Below are positions 42,061 to 50,824 of a DNA stretch of 64,000 nucleotides, one piece after another. The notes below the pieces were generated by a model, which worked only from the letters and a program-made list of their open reading frames with translations, was not told the DNA's origin and ran no database searches. This stretch comes from an uncultured Nitrospiraceae bacterium (GTDB lineage: Bacteria > Nitrospirota > Nitrospiria > Nitrospirales > Nitrospiraceae): the NCBI GenBank assembly GCA_963706325.1, contig CAVPLT010000004.1:384001-448000 (forward strand), written 5' to 3'. How positions within the stretch are numbered: the stretch's first letter is position 1; every line of letters starts with the position of its first letter. The translations under genes and the position numbers were made by a program.

Positions 42061-43419
42061 TTAGTTGGAAGGGAGATAGGCCTTCAATTTGGTCAGCAGC
42101 GTCTTGTAATCGATCTGGAGGGTATGCGCGGCTTTGGTTTTGTTGCCGCCGCTGGCTTTTAGCACGCGTTCGATGTGGAGGCGTTCGATCTCCTCCAGTG
42201 GTAACTGCGTCTGATCGATGAAATGGGGGAATGCGGATGACGGCGGGAGCGCCTGTACGACTTCTTCGCGCGTGATCAGACCGGTGTTGAAGCCCAGGAG
42301 CACGATGCGTTCAATGACGTTGCGGAGTTCGCGAACATTGCCCGGCCAACCGTAGGTCGTCAGTAGTTGTAGGCTCTCTGTCGTGAGGGTCCGTGTCGCA
42401 GTCCCGGGGATCCGAAGGCTGTTCAGAATGTGGTTGCTGAGCGCGGGAAGATCCTCCTGTCGTTCCCGGAGCGGAGGAACCCGCAACGTAACAGTGTTGA
42501 TGCGATAGAGGAGATCGTCACGAAATCGACCTTGCAATACGAGTTCCTGCACATCTCGATTGGTCGCGCAGATGATGCGGACATCGGCGCGCAGGGTGCG
42601 TGTGCTGCCGACGGGGCGGTATTCGTTCCGATCGAGAAAGCGCAGCAGTCCCACCTGCATCGGTCCCGGCATCTCCCCGATCTCATCGAGAAACAGCGAC
42701 CCACCCTCGGCGGCGGCGATTAATCCCGGTTTGGCCGTGGCGGCTCCGGTGAATGCGCCCTTCTCGTATCCGAACAACTCGCTTTCCAATAATTCTCGAC
42801 TCACCGCTCCACAGTTGACGGCAAGGCAAGGACCAGGAGCTCTTCGACTGCGCGCGTGAAGCAGACGCGCGACGACTTCTTTTCCGGAGCCGGTTTCTCC
42901 TTGAATGAGCACCGGAGCTTGGGAAGGCGCCACTTGAGCGATTTGAGCGTCCAGCCTCCGCCATATGTCGCTCACACCCTCCACGATCGTATCCTGCCGA
43001 TAGCCTCCATGACGTGCCGCGAGATTCTCCCGTCGCAGCCCGCGAATCGCGCGGAGTTTTGCGAGCGCGGCCTTCACCGTTGCGCCGTCAAAGGGAGTAT
43101 CTTTGACAAGAAAGTCCCACGCGCCATCTTTGATAGCAGCGACGGCATCTTTCACGTCGCCATGGCCGGTCAATACGATCACATCCACATCAGGCTGATG
43201 GTCCTTCACCCAGCGCAACAGGGCTCGACCGTCGAGGCCGGGCATTCTGAGATCGGTGATCACGCAGTCGAACGAAGCATTGCGGAGTCGATCGAGGCCC
43301 TGTTCTCCGCTCCCCACGCTCTCCACTTCGCAGCCTTCTTCGCGGAGCGCCTGTTCTACGATCAGGCGGACAAATTCTTCATCGTCGATAGTTAGGATGT
43401 GCATGCCGTGGATGGTCAC
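42061..43419 (-). CDS. Sigma54-dependent NtrC-family response regulator
   Basis: REC domain, GETGSGKE, GAFTGA, WPGNVREL, Fis-type HTH. Confidence 0.95.
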   Translation of the reverse strand: MTIHGMHILTIDDEEFVRLIVEQALREEGCEVESVGSGEQGLDRLRNASFDCVITDLRMPGLDGRALLRWVKDHQPDVDVIVLTGHGDVKDAVAAIKDGAWDFLVKDTPFDGATVKAALAKLRAIRGLRRENLAARHGGYRQDTIVEGVSDIWRRLDAQIAQVAPSQAPVLIQGETGSGKEVVARLLHARSRRAPGPCLAVNCGAVSRELLESELFGYEKGAFTGAATAKPGLIAAAEGGSLFLDEIGEMPGPMQVGLLRFLDRNEYRPVGSTRTLRADVRIICATNRDVQELVLQGRFRDDLLYRINTVTLRVPPLRERQEDLPALSNHILNSLRIPGTATRTLTTESLQLLTTYGWPGNVRELRNVIERIVLLGFNTGLITREEVVQALPPSSAFPHFIDQTQLPLEEIERLHIERVLKASGGNKTKAAHTLQIDYKTLLTKLKAYLPSN

Positions 43420-45008
43420 AGAAGGGGTTTCAGGTCATTCCCCGAGAGTGATGGCCGAACTGCGCGAGCTTCGACGCGTTCGGGAAAGGCGATGAAGAAC
43501 TTGCTGCCCGCTCCCGGTGTGGATTCAGCCCAGGTTCGTCCGTAGTGTTTGTCCATGACGAGTTTCACAATCGCGAGCCCAACTCCCGTTCCTTCGTAAT
43601 CCTGAGGACCGTGTAGTCGCTCGAAGAGGCCGAAGATCTTGTCATGCTGCGATGCGTCGAATCCGATGCCATTGTCCTGGACCCAAAGAACGCGCTCCGT
43701 GACGGTCTGCGTTCCGCCGATCGTGATGGTGGGAGACCCGGTTCGGCGCGCGAATTTTGCGGCATTGTCGAGGAGATTGGCAATCGCCTGACGGACACTG
43801 ACCGGCTCGCCATAGAGATCGGCGAAGGGCAATTCAACGTGGACCTTCGGCTTTGGGCCCTGCAGGCCGCTGAATCGGTCGGTGAGAAGGGTGGTGATGA
43901 TCTCCAGAATGTTGAAGCGTTGGCGGGGCAGGTCCTGCTGCTCCAGCCGTGAATATTTGAGTAGAGCGTCGATCATGTGGGTGAGGCGTAGGGCGGAGCG
44001 ACGGATGATATCGATGTGATGACGGATTTCCGGGTCGTTGCCGTCGGCGAATCGTTTTTCAAGGAGGGAGGAGAAACCTTCGATTTCCCGGAGCGGGCCT
44101 TTGAGATCGTGTGCGACGGAATAGGTAAAGGCCTCGAGCTCTTTCGTCTTGCGGTTGGTCGCGGCCGTCTGTTCACGCAGGCTCGTGACCATGGAGGACA
44201 GGGAAGCAGCCAGCGTGCCGACTTCATCACGGCTGGGCCAGGCTTCGAATTGAGCCGTGAGGTCATGGTGGGCAACGCGGTCGGCCGTCACCGACAGTCG
44301 CTGGAGCGGCTGAGCGATCCGTCGATTGACCATGAGATAGATCAGGGCGATCACCAGCCCCAGCACGGTTACGAGGCCAAGCGCAATCAGCCGAGCCTGC
44401 TGCAGCAGCCGATCGCCTTCCACTTTCATTTCGACGTCGATGTCCGTGTGGGCCTGGACCAAGTGATCGAGATCTTCCATGAGTTGGGTCAACAAGATAT
44501 TGGCTTGGATGAAGGGGAGCCGGCTGTCTGCATCAACTGCCTGTGAATGTAAAGCGATCTCCTTCCGTAAGCCATTGAACTCCTGCAAGGCTTGATCGAT
44601 GTGAGCGATGGCTCCGTCCTCTTTCTCCACCAGGTCCACGCGCTCGTGCTGAGTCAACATACCGAATAGGATCGGATGCGTACGCGCTGCATGGGTAGAG
44701 CGATACAGCTCAAGTAACCGACGGAGTCGTTCGTCCTCGGCGGCCAGACGCGAGACGGCCTGATCCGTATCCGCCCCTTTCCCTTGCTCCAGAGAGCGAA
44801 GTGTCAGATCCATTTCGTAGACCGAGCGTTGCATGGTGGCCGCCGTGACGATGGCCGGCACGGTGATGCGTTTGTGGCGGTCGACGTAGCTATTGATGCG
44901 GCTGAGGTACAGCAGGAGAGCCGTAAGGCTCAACGCCAGTAGGCTGAGGATGACTCCGAAGGAGATGAAGAACTTCTGTCCGATCGAGCGGTCTTGGAGC
45001 CAGCGCAT
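43416..45008 (-). CDS. Membrane sensor histidine kinase (HAMP, HisKA, HATPase)
   Basis: Two TM helices, HAMP DEVG, YSVAHDLKGP, NAAKF, DNGIG, GTGVGL. Confidence 0.95.
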   Translation of the reverse strand: MRWLQDRSIGQKFFISFGVILSLLALSLTALLLYLSRINSYVDRHKRITVPAIVTAATMQRSVYEMDLTLRSLEQGKGADTDQAVSRLAAEDERLRRLLELYRSTHAARTHPILFGMLTQHERVDLVEKEDGAIAHIDQALQEFNGLRKEIALHSQAVDADSRLPFIQANILLTQLMEDLDHLVQAHTDIDVEMKVEGDRLLQQARLIALGLVTVLGLVIALIYLMVNRRIAQPLQRLSVTADRVAHHDLTAQFEAWPSRDEVGTLAASLSSMVTSLREQTAATNRKTKELEAFTYSVAHDLKGPLREIEGFSSLLEKRFADGNDPEIRHHIDIIRRSALRLTHMIDALLKYSRLEQQDLPRQRFNILEIITTLLTDRFSGLQGPKPKVHVELPFADLYGEPVSVRQAIANLLDNAAKFARRTGSPTITIGGTQTVTERVLWVQDNGIGFDASQHDKIFGLFERLHGPQDYEGTGVGLAIVKLVMDKHYGRTWAESTPGAGSKFFIAFPERVEARAVRPSLSGNDLKPLL

Positions 45009-45242
45009 GCAGGCCTCGTGGTGAACAGCCACCGTACCACAGAGACGTAGCCCCTGTCAGTCAGGTGCGGTGGCATTGAACGCGAATATCCTGCCGGAGA
45101 AATAACAACTGAGTGAAGTCCAACTACCAATCTCTGTCGCAAATTCCGAGGAGGCCTGTTGTCGTAGAAGCAATCAGCCAACAGAAGTAGCTGCACCAGC
45201 CGCACCATCGTTCAGTTGGTCGATGAAAGAGGCGAATTTTGA

Positions 45243-45259
45243 AAGGCATGGGTTCTGCA
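45243..45259 (+). promoter_or_regulatory. Putative sigma54 -24/-12 promoter for mop
   Basis: aaGGCAtgggttcTGCa with exact GG-N10-GC spacing, about 80 nt upstream of the mop start. Confidence 0.55.
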
Positions 45260-45338
45260 TACACATAGCCATCGTTGAGCGAATCACACATAACCGGGAA
45301 GGTCGGAAGGCCATTCCCACATACCCAGAGGAGGAGAC

Positions 45339-45554
45339 ATGTCCATCCAAGCCATCAACTCACGCAATCAGTTCAAAGGTACCATCAAGGAAATCGTTCC
45401 GGGGCCGGTGGTCTCCGAGGTCGATGTGGAAACTCCCGCCGGGATCGTGACGTCCGTGATCACCAGCCGGTCGATCTCGGATCTCCAATTGAGGGTCGGC
45501 AGCCAAGTGCTGGCGCTGGTCAAATCGACGGAGGTGTCGCTCGCGAAGGTGTAG
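45339..45554 (+). CDS. Mop/TOBE molybdate-binding protein (molbindin-like)
   Basis: RNQFKG.I, SVIT..S...L.L..G, A.VKS.EV; strong RBS GAGGAG. Confidence 0.92.
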   Translation: MSIQAINSRNQFKGTIKEIVPGPVVSEVDVETPAGIVTSVITSRSISDLQLRVGSQVLALVKSTEVSLAKV

Positions 45555-45571
45555 GGGCGAGGGTCATACAC

Positions 45572-45664
45572 ATGGACATCACTCATTATTTTCATCTGCC
45601 TCTGGTGACACCCAAAGGTTTTCCTGGTTGTCGATGCTTCGCCATTCCTCGGGGACGGTGCTGA
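45572..45664 (+). CDS. Putative 30-aa Cys-rich leader peptide
   Basis: MDITHYFHLPLVTPKGFPGCRCFAIPRGRC*; GAGGG about 8 nt upstream; its end overlaps a 13-bp stem. Confidence 0.4.
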   Translation: MDITHYFHLPLVTPKGFPGCRCFAIPRGRC

Positions 45665-45695
45665 GCCACCACATCTGACTCGTCAGCACCGTCCC
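45652..45695 (+). promoter_or_regulatory. Perfect 13-bp hairpin
   Basis: GGGACGGTGCTGA (45652-45664) and TCAGCACCGTCCC (45683-45695). Confidence 0.6.
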
Positions 45696-45772
45696 GCGAC
45701 CGTTGTTCATCTATAGGAAATAGCAGATGGCACAAAGGTGCGATCCATTATTCATCTCCAAGCCCTTGCGAG

Positions 45773-46093
45773 GTGCACATGAATAGCCTTGTGGTAGGAG
45801 GTATAGCCAGACCGTTGGATCATGAATCGATCGATGAATGGATCGTCGAAACACTATGCCGGCGTGGGCCTCTGACGCTTGACTATCTTAATAGTCTGTT
45901 CCCGAAATTGGAGGAGGCGCGATTGTTGTTCGCCGTCGACCGTTTGAGTCGAGTCGGAAAAATCGTCATCGCTCCGCCCCACGGCGGGGACTACCTTATT
46001 TCCGCGAGACTGACTGAAGAGGTCGTGGCGGACCAAGGGGACAGCGGATCGTTCGTTAACTCACAAGAGCTGACGGTGGTTTGTACCCAATAA
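45773..46093 (+). CDS. Hypothetical protein (possible winged helix)
   Basis: IVETL...GPLTLD.L...L.FAVDRLSR.G.I pattern. Confidence 0.6.
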   Translation: MHMNSLVVGGIARPLDHESIDEWIVETLCRRGPLTLDYLNSLFPKLEEARLLFAVDRLSRVGKIVIAPPHGGDYLISARLTEEVVADQGDSGSFVNSQELTVVCTQ

Positions 46094-46143
46094 GTCGAAG
46101 CAGTGGATGAATAGGCAGCGAAGCGTCCGAGTCGTCGCGGGAA

Positions 46144-46620
46144 GTGGTGCGTACCATGAAGTTCAACATTTATTTCGAGAGCCGAGGGCAAAGATCGCGT
46201 GATCTAACCTTGACTGTCGTCGAGGCTCCTGCGAGATCTGGGGTGCTGGAGTTCACTCTTTCCGGAGAGCTGCGGTATGTCGATCGCCAGGCCGTCCAGT
46301 GGCTGCAACTGGATGGTAGGTCCGGATGGGGTGTTGAGCGTGATGGTTGTGTGCAGCAAGCGTTGCCCGTCGAGGTTACCGATCTGTTCGAAGATCTCCT
46401 TCACATTGTCAGGGTGAGAACTGAAGGGTCAGATTGGCGGCGGATCGAGATTACCAGCCTGATTCGCGGGCCCTCGCATCGTCTTATATTGAGAGGATTC
46501 GGTATTCCAGACAGGCGAGGGATCACCGAGGCGCGAATTGTGATGACAGTTGAGGAGGCTCGCTTTGATCAGGCGCCTCAGCCGGTGTCGTGGGCAGCAG
46601 CGGGCGAGGATATTGTCTGA
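46144..46620 (+). CDS. Hypothetical protein
   Basis: 158-aa ORF, codirectional with its neighbours. Confidence 0.55.
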   Translation: MVRTMKFNIYFESRGQRSRDLTLTVVEAPARSGVLEFTLSGELRYVDRQAVQWLQLDGRSGWGVERDGCVQQALPVEVTDLFEDLLHIVRVRTEGSDWRRIEITSLIRGPSHRLILRGFGIPDRRGITEARIVMTVEEARFDQAPQPVSWAAAGEDIV

Positions 46621-46652
46621 GGGCTTCGTCAGGTCCTGCAATGGAGGTGAGC

Positions 46653-47120
46653 ATGAAACGTATCGGAGACCCCGCACTGACTTTTCGGTTTCCGGTCATC
46701 ATTGATGGCGGCTTGGCGTCGATCGATCCTGCCCAATTGCTAGGCCAATGGGTGGCATTGTGCTTTCTGCCTCATCTGGGGGGAGTGGAGATCGATTTGC
46801 TGGATCGCCAAGGACAGGCGATGGAAGATCTGGGCGCGTTGTTGCTCGTGGTCTCACTGGAGACGCAAGCGCTGCAGCGAGAGGAGTGCCTTCGTATCGG
46901 TGCTGTGCATTTTACTCTGCTCGGTGATCCACTCAAGCGACTTCGGCGACTGTATGGTGGCGTGACCACTCAGTTATGGGGACGAGCGCAGACATTTTTG
47001 ATTGATCCGGAGGGACGATTACGGTTTCCGCTGGTGCACAGTCTCAGCGAGCAGGGGATGGGAGTGCTGACGGAATCGCTGCAAGCCCACCAAGATCAGG
47101 AGATCGCAGCACTGCTGTGA
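46653..47120 (+). CDS. AhpC/TSA (redoxin)-like protein lacking the peroxidatic Cys motif
   Basis: IGDPA.TF, GQWVALCF.P, F.LLGD, R.TFLIDPEG.LR; RBS GGAGGT. Confidence 0.7.
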   Translation: MKRIGDPALTFRFPVIIDGGLASIDPAQLLGQWVALCFLPHLGGVEIDLLDRQGQAMEDLGALLLVVSLETQALQREECLRIGAVHFTLLGDPLKRLRRLYGGVTTQLWGRAQTFLIDPEGRLRFPLVHSLSEQGMGVLTESLQAHQDQEIAALL

Positions 47121-47534
47121 GGGCGGCCGCACCCTCCGACGTCGACGGAGTGCGGTAAAAGAGGATGCGAGATAATGGTCACGCTGCTGGCGGACCCTGT
47201 CATGAGCCTCGTGCAAGGCAAGCGGTGCCGGCGCGCTGCTATTCTAGAGGGGCATAGAGCCGGCTAAAGGTCAGTGCCTGGGCGTTGTCGATTCGCAACT
47301 GGTGCGTGCTTGTGTGGCTCGTGCTGAAACGAAAGATGTTACACGATCTTACTTAATGAGTCTTCAAAGATCGGCTCGCCTATTCAAAGCTACTGGCCGT
47401 AATTATAACCGTCTGTCTGCTCTGATTTATGCTCGATCTGTCGGCCCACCTCGCCTATAAACTTCGGAACTGTAGGCCAATAGATCGGTAGGCATAGTCG
47501 ACGCAGTGAACAGCACGTCGCACATGTCATCCGC

Positions 47535-47759
47535 TTAGGCCAGGAAATCCCGACCCGCTCGGTTTGCTGTATCCTTCCATAGCCTCTCAACAAATCGCCG
47601 GGCCAACCTGGTGCCCTGCGCCCGTTGAAATGCTCGCCGACGGTGGATCGGATTCATCTTCAGGTACCATCGTACAGTTTCTTCCGGTCTCCTCATGCGA
47701 GGGGTCGGGTACAACCTGCGATCAGGACCCTCGTCTGGAAACAGATTATTCTGGCTCAT
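47535..47759 (-). CDS. Small basic hypothetical protein
   Basis: 74 aa preceded by GGAAGGGAACA-ATG; no recognisable domain. Confidence 0.35.
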   Translation of the reverse strand: MSQNNLFPDEGPDRRLYPTPRMRRPEETVRWYLKMNPIHRRRAFQRAQGTRLARRFVERLWKDTANRAGRDFLA

Positions 47760-48338
47760 TGTTCCCTTCCGGTGAGACAACCGATTGTCGGTGCCGCCCT
47801 CCGGCACCATCGGCACATCACCCTTCTAAAAAGACGTTTCTGACTGAGACCCCGCATCGGGAAGGACCGCATAGGTTCATTGTTCCTTCGTAACGAGGAC
47901 CATGTCGTCGCACTGTATCCGCCTCATGCATCCTGAGGGGGAATGAGCGGGCGGGGGGCTTCAAGAGGAAAGAAGGCGCCGCCCAGGGAGTGGGGAGGGC
48001 AGGCCCACTCCTGTGCCGATGAATGGACATCGGCTGCGCGTAGAAGTCGCAGTATGCAACTGCAGTCGCCGTGCCAAGGACATCTTTGTGATTTCAGCGA
48101 AACCTGGCGTGCTAATTCGTGCCCAGCAGCAATTGTTGCTGGGCGACTGTTGGGGAATCTGCAGAATGAAGGGGAAGACTTCGTGCAGGAGACTGATCGT
48201 TATGCGGAGGTGTTGCGATTCTGCCGTGGTTGATGCTTTGAGATTCTTGCGCGCGTTAATGGAGCGAAGCACGGAGCGGCGCACGCCCTGTCGGAGTCCA
48301 TCGCGCGCGAGCGTTATCGTTGGGTAAGGTAAGTCCGG

Positions 48339-49094
48339 TTATGATTCTTGTTGTATTTTGATCATGCGGCCGGCCAATAGGTTGGCCGGAATCGCGATAT
48401 CCATTTTTGCAGGCCGTGGCTGCTTTCTGCAGGCCATCATCTTGACGAAGGTATCCTTGTCGACGGAAAGGTTCAGCCGCTCGTTGAATTGCTTTTCCTC
48501 GCGGATGGTGGAAGACACCCGGCCGTTGTAATCGTGGCCGGGGTACAGGATCGTGTCGTCGGGGAATGTGAATAGTTTCCCGCGCACGGATTCGAACAGC
48601 TTCTCCGCTGAGCCGCCCTGCAGATCCGTCCGGCCGTTTCCTCGGATGAAGAGGGCATCGCCTGTGAACAGAGCGCCGGGTAACACATAGCTAGTGCAGC
48701 TGTCCGTGTGACCAGGGGTGGCCAGCGCTTTCATTACGCTGTTGCCGAAGCCCAGCTCTTGCCCATCGTGCAGAAACATGTCCGCACCGGTGACCACGCC
48801 TTCCGCGCCGCCTCCATAGACGATGCGCGCATCGAGGCGATCCTTGATCAGTGAGGCGCCGGTGATATGGTCGGCGTGAACATGCGTTTCTAGGACAAAA
48901 AGAAGCGTCAAGCACAGTTCGCGGGCGATGGTAAGATCGCGGTCGACATTTTCAATGACGGGATCGACAATGACGGCCTGTCCTGACTCTCGGTCGTAGA
49001 TGATATAGGTACGACTTTCAGCCCTGTCGTCGATGTCTTGCTTCTGGTTCACATCCGCCAGAACGGTGACGACATAGGTCTCACTGAGGGCCAT
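48339..49094 (-). CDS. Persulfide dioxygenase (ETHE1/Sdo-like MBL fold)
   Basis: ETHVHADH, TPGHT..C, TGDALF.RG.GRTD, PGHDY.G..ST..EE..FN.RL. Confidence 0.88.
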   Translation of the reverse strand: MALSETYVVTVLADVNQKQDIDDRAESRTYIIYDRESGQAVIVDPVIENVDRDLTIARELCLTLLFVLETHVHADHITGASLIKDRLDARIVYGGGAEGVVTGADMFLHDGQELGFGNSVMKALATPGHTDSCTSYVLPGALFTGDALFIRGNGRTDLQGGSAEKLFESVRGKLFTFPDDTILYPGHDYNGRVSSTIREEKQFNERLNLSVDKDTFVKMMACRKQPRPAKMDIAIPANLLAGRMIKIQQES

Positions 49095-49350
49095 GACGTG
49101 CACTCCTTAGGCGTTTTCAAGTTTTACGGACATTCGCAACGCCCAGGAGTACCGCGTCGTAGGCATAATTGTCCAGATTGCGGATGAGTCGGCATGGGCA
49201 TTGGGATTTCAGGCATCCGCATTGAATCGGCTACGGATGAGTCGCAGCCTAACCGGCTGAGGCCGACCTGGAGAGAAAAAGGATTCGCATGGTTCGAGTC
49301 ATTGGCTCACATGGCAGATTTGTCGAGGGGAGTTCAGCGGTTGCGCGAGG

Positions 49351-49740
49351 CTAGGACTGCGCCTCGCCTTGCCACAGCAGGTCATACCCCAGTTCCTTCG
49401 TGTCGGAGCAGAGCGCCGAGACCTTGGCGAACGTGTCTCGGAACAGTTGGTTGGCGTGGGATTGTTCGTGCTCCTCAAATGAGCGCCAATAGGTCACGAT
49501 CACATAGTGCTCGGCGGACTCTCTTGACGTATTGAGAGAGCCTTCGTCGGAGACGAAGCCGGAGAACTTGAACACTTGTCCGGCTATGAACCCGCCTTTG
49601 TCTCCGCCATAGGTCTCCTTGACGACACTGCACATTTGACCAACGGCCAGCTCCACATCATCAAAAGTCACGCCCGGTTTCAGAGTGACGCTGTTGAATA
49701 ACATTTTGGCGCCGAAGGGGATCGTAATCGGTCCGAACAT
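49351..49740 (-). CDS. Conserved dimeric alpha/beta-barrel-like hypothetical protein
   Basis: GFIAGQVF...TYWRSFEEHE.SH (ABM/SOR-like pattern); lies in the sulfur operon. Confidence 0.7.
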   Translation of the reverse strand: MFGPITIPFGAKMLFNSVTLKPGVTFDDVELAVGQMCSVVKETYGGDKGGFIAGQVFKFSGFVSDEGSLNTSRESAEHYVIVTYWRSFEEHEQSHANQLFRDTFAKVSALCSDTKELGYDLLWQGEAQS

Positions 49741-49818
49741 GGCAGCCTCCGAAGATCGAATGGATAGAACCATGCTGTGGGTAGCGAATGCAGTTTTTTT
49801 CTGAAAGCTGATTCTACC

Positions 49819-50796
49819 CTAAATCCTCGGTTGGTGGATCGCGTCGATCAAATGTTTGGGCTCAACGGTGGTATTACGCATTTGTGCTTGGAGCACATTG
49901 CTGCCTGGCGGCACGCTGTAGGTCAACCAGACATTCCCTCCAATGATCGATCCTTTACCGATGGTTATGCGGCCTAGGATTGTCGCGCCTGCATAGATCA
50001 CTACGTCGTCCTCGACGATCGGATGGCGGGCGTTGCCTTTGAGCAGCATGCCATTGTCACCTTCCTGAAATCGTTTTGCGCCGAGGGTGACGGCTTGATA
50101 GAGCCGCACGCGCTCGCCGATGATCGTGGTTTCGCCGATTACGACGCCGGTGCCGTGATCGATGAAAAAATAGCCTCCGATGGTCGCGGCCGGGTGAATG
50201 TCGATCCCCGTTGTGGAATGCGCGATATCGGAGATGAGACGCGCCGGCAGGCGCGCGCCCAACTCGTAGAGCGCGTGCGCGACGCGGTAGTAAATGACGG
50301 CGGTCATGCCGGGATAACAAAGCAGAATTTCGGAAGAACTGGTGGCCGCGGGATCTCCCTGGTAGGCCGCTTGCAAATCAGTGAAGAGCCGCGCACGAAT
50401 GGTCGGGAGCTGCGCCGCGAACTTGCTCGTGATGTCGATGGCCTTCTGTATCGAGGGGGCCTCGTCCTGCTCATCCTGTGCCGATATGAAGAGGAGTCCC
50501 CGGCGAACTTGATCCTGCAACATACCCAGTGTCAGGTGTAATTGGTCGCCGACAAAAAAGTCGATGTTCGACTCATTCACGTCCGATCGGCCGTAATGAC
50601 TGGGGAACAGGACGGCGCACACACCATCCAAGACTTCCATCAATGCTTTGCGGGACGGCAATTCACGCATACGGCCTTGATGGCGCACATTATGCTCGAC
50701 TTCACGCGAGTGCCGCAGCTCTTCCACGACCTGGTCGATATTCCAGGTCGATGGCGTTGCCGCCAGAGGTTGAATCGAGTTCCGGTCCATGAACAT
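49819..50796 (-). CDS. cysE: Serine O-acetyltransferase (EpsC/SrpH type)
   Basis: GDPAA, CYPG, TGIDIHP, FIDHGTGVVIGET, RHP hexapeptide repeats. Confidence 0.93.
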   Translation of the reverse strand: MFMDRNSIQPLAATPSTWNIDQVVEELRHSREVEHNVRHQGRMRELPSRKALMEVLDGVCAVLFPSHYGRSDVNESNIDFFVGDQLHLTLGMLQDQVRRGLLFISAQDEQDEAPSIQKAIDITSKFAAQLPTIRARLFTDLQAAYQGDPAATSSSEILLCYPGMTAVIYYRVAHALYELGARLPARLISDIAHSTTGIDIHPAATIGGYFFIDHGTGVVIGETTIIGERVRLYQAVTLGAKRFQEGDNGMLLKGNARHPIVEDDVVIYAGATILGRITIGKGSIIGGNVWLTYSVPPGSNVLQAQMRNTTVEPKHLIDAIHQPRI

Positions 50797-50824
50797 TCTG
50801 CCCTTTCAGTCCAGCCTGTTCGGC

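Noticed and set aside
45728..45742. TGGCAC...TGC as a second sigma54 promoter
   Set aside because: GG-to-GC spacing is 9 nt, not the required 10
49181..49244. 11-bp direct repeat CGGATGAGTCG (2 copies)
   Set aside because: Only two short copies; not an array and could be chance
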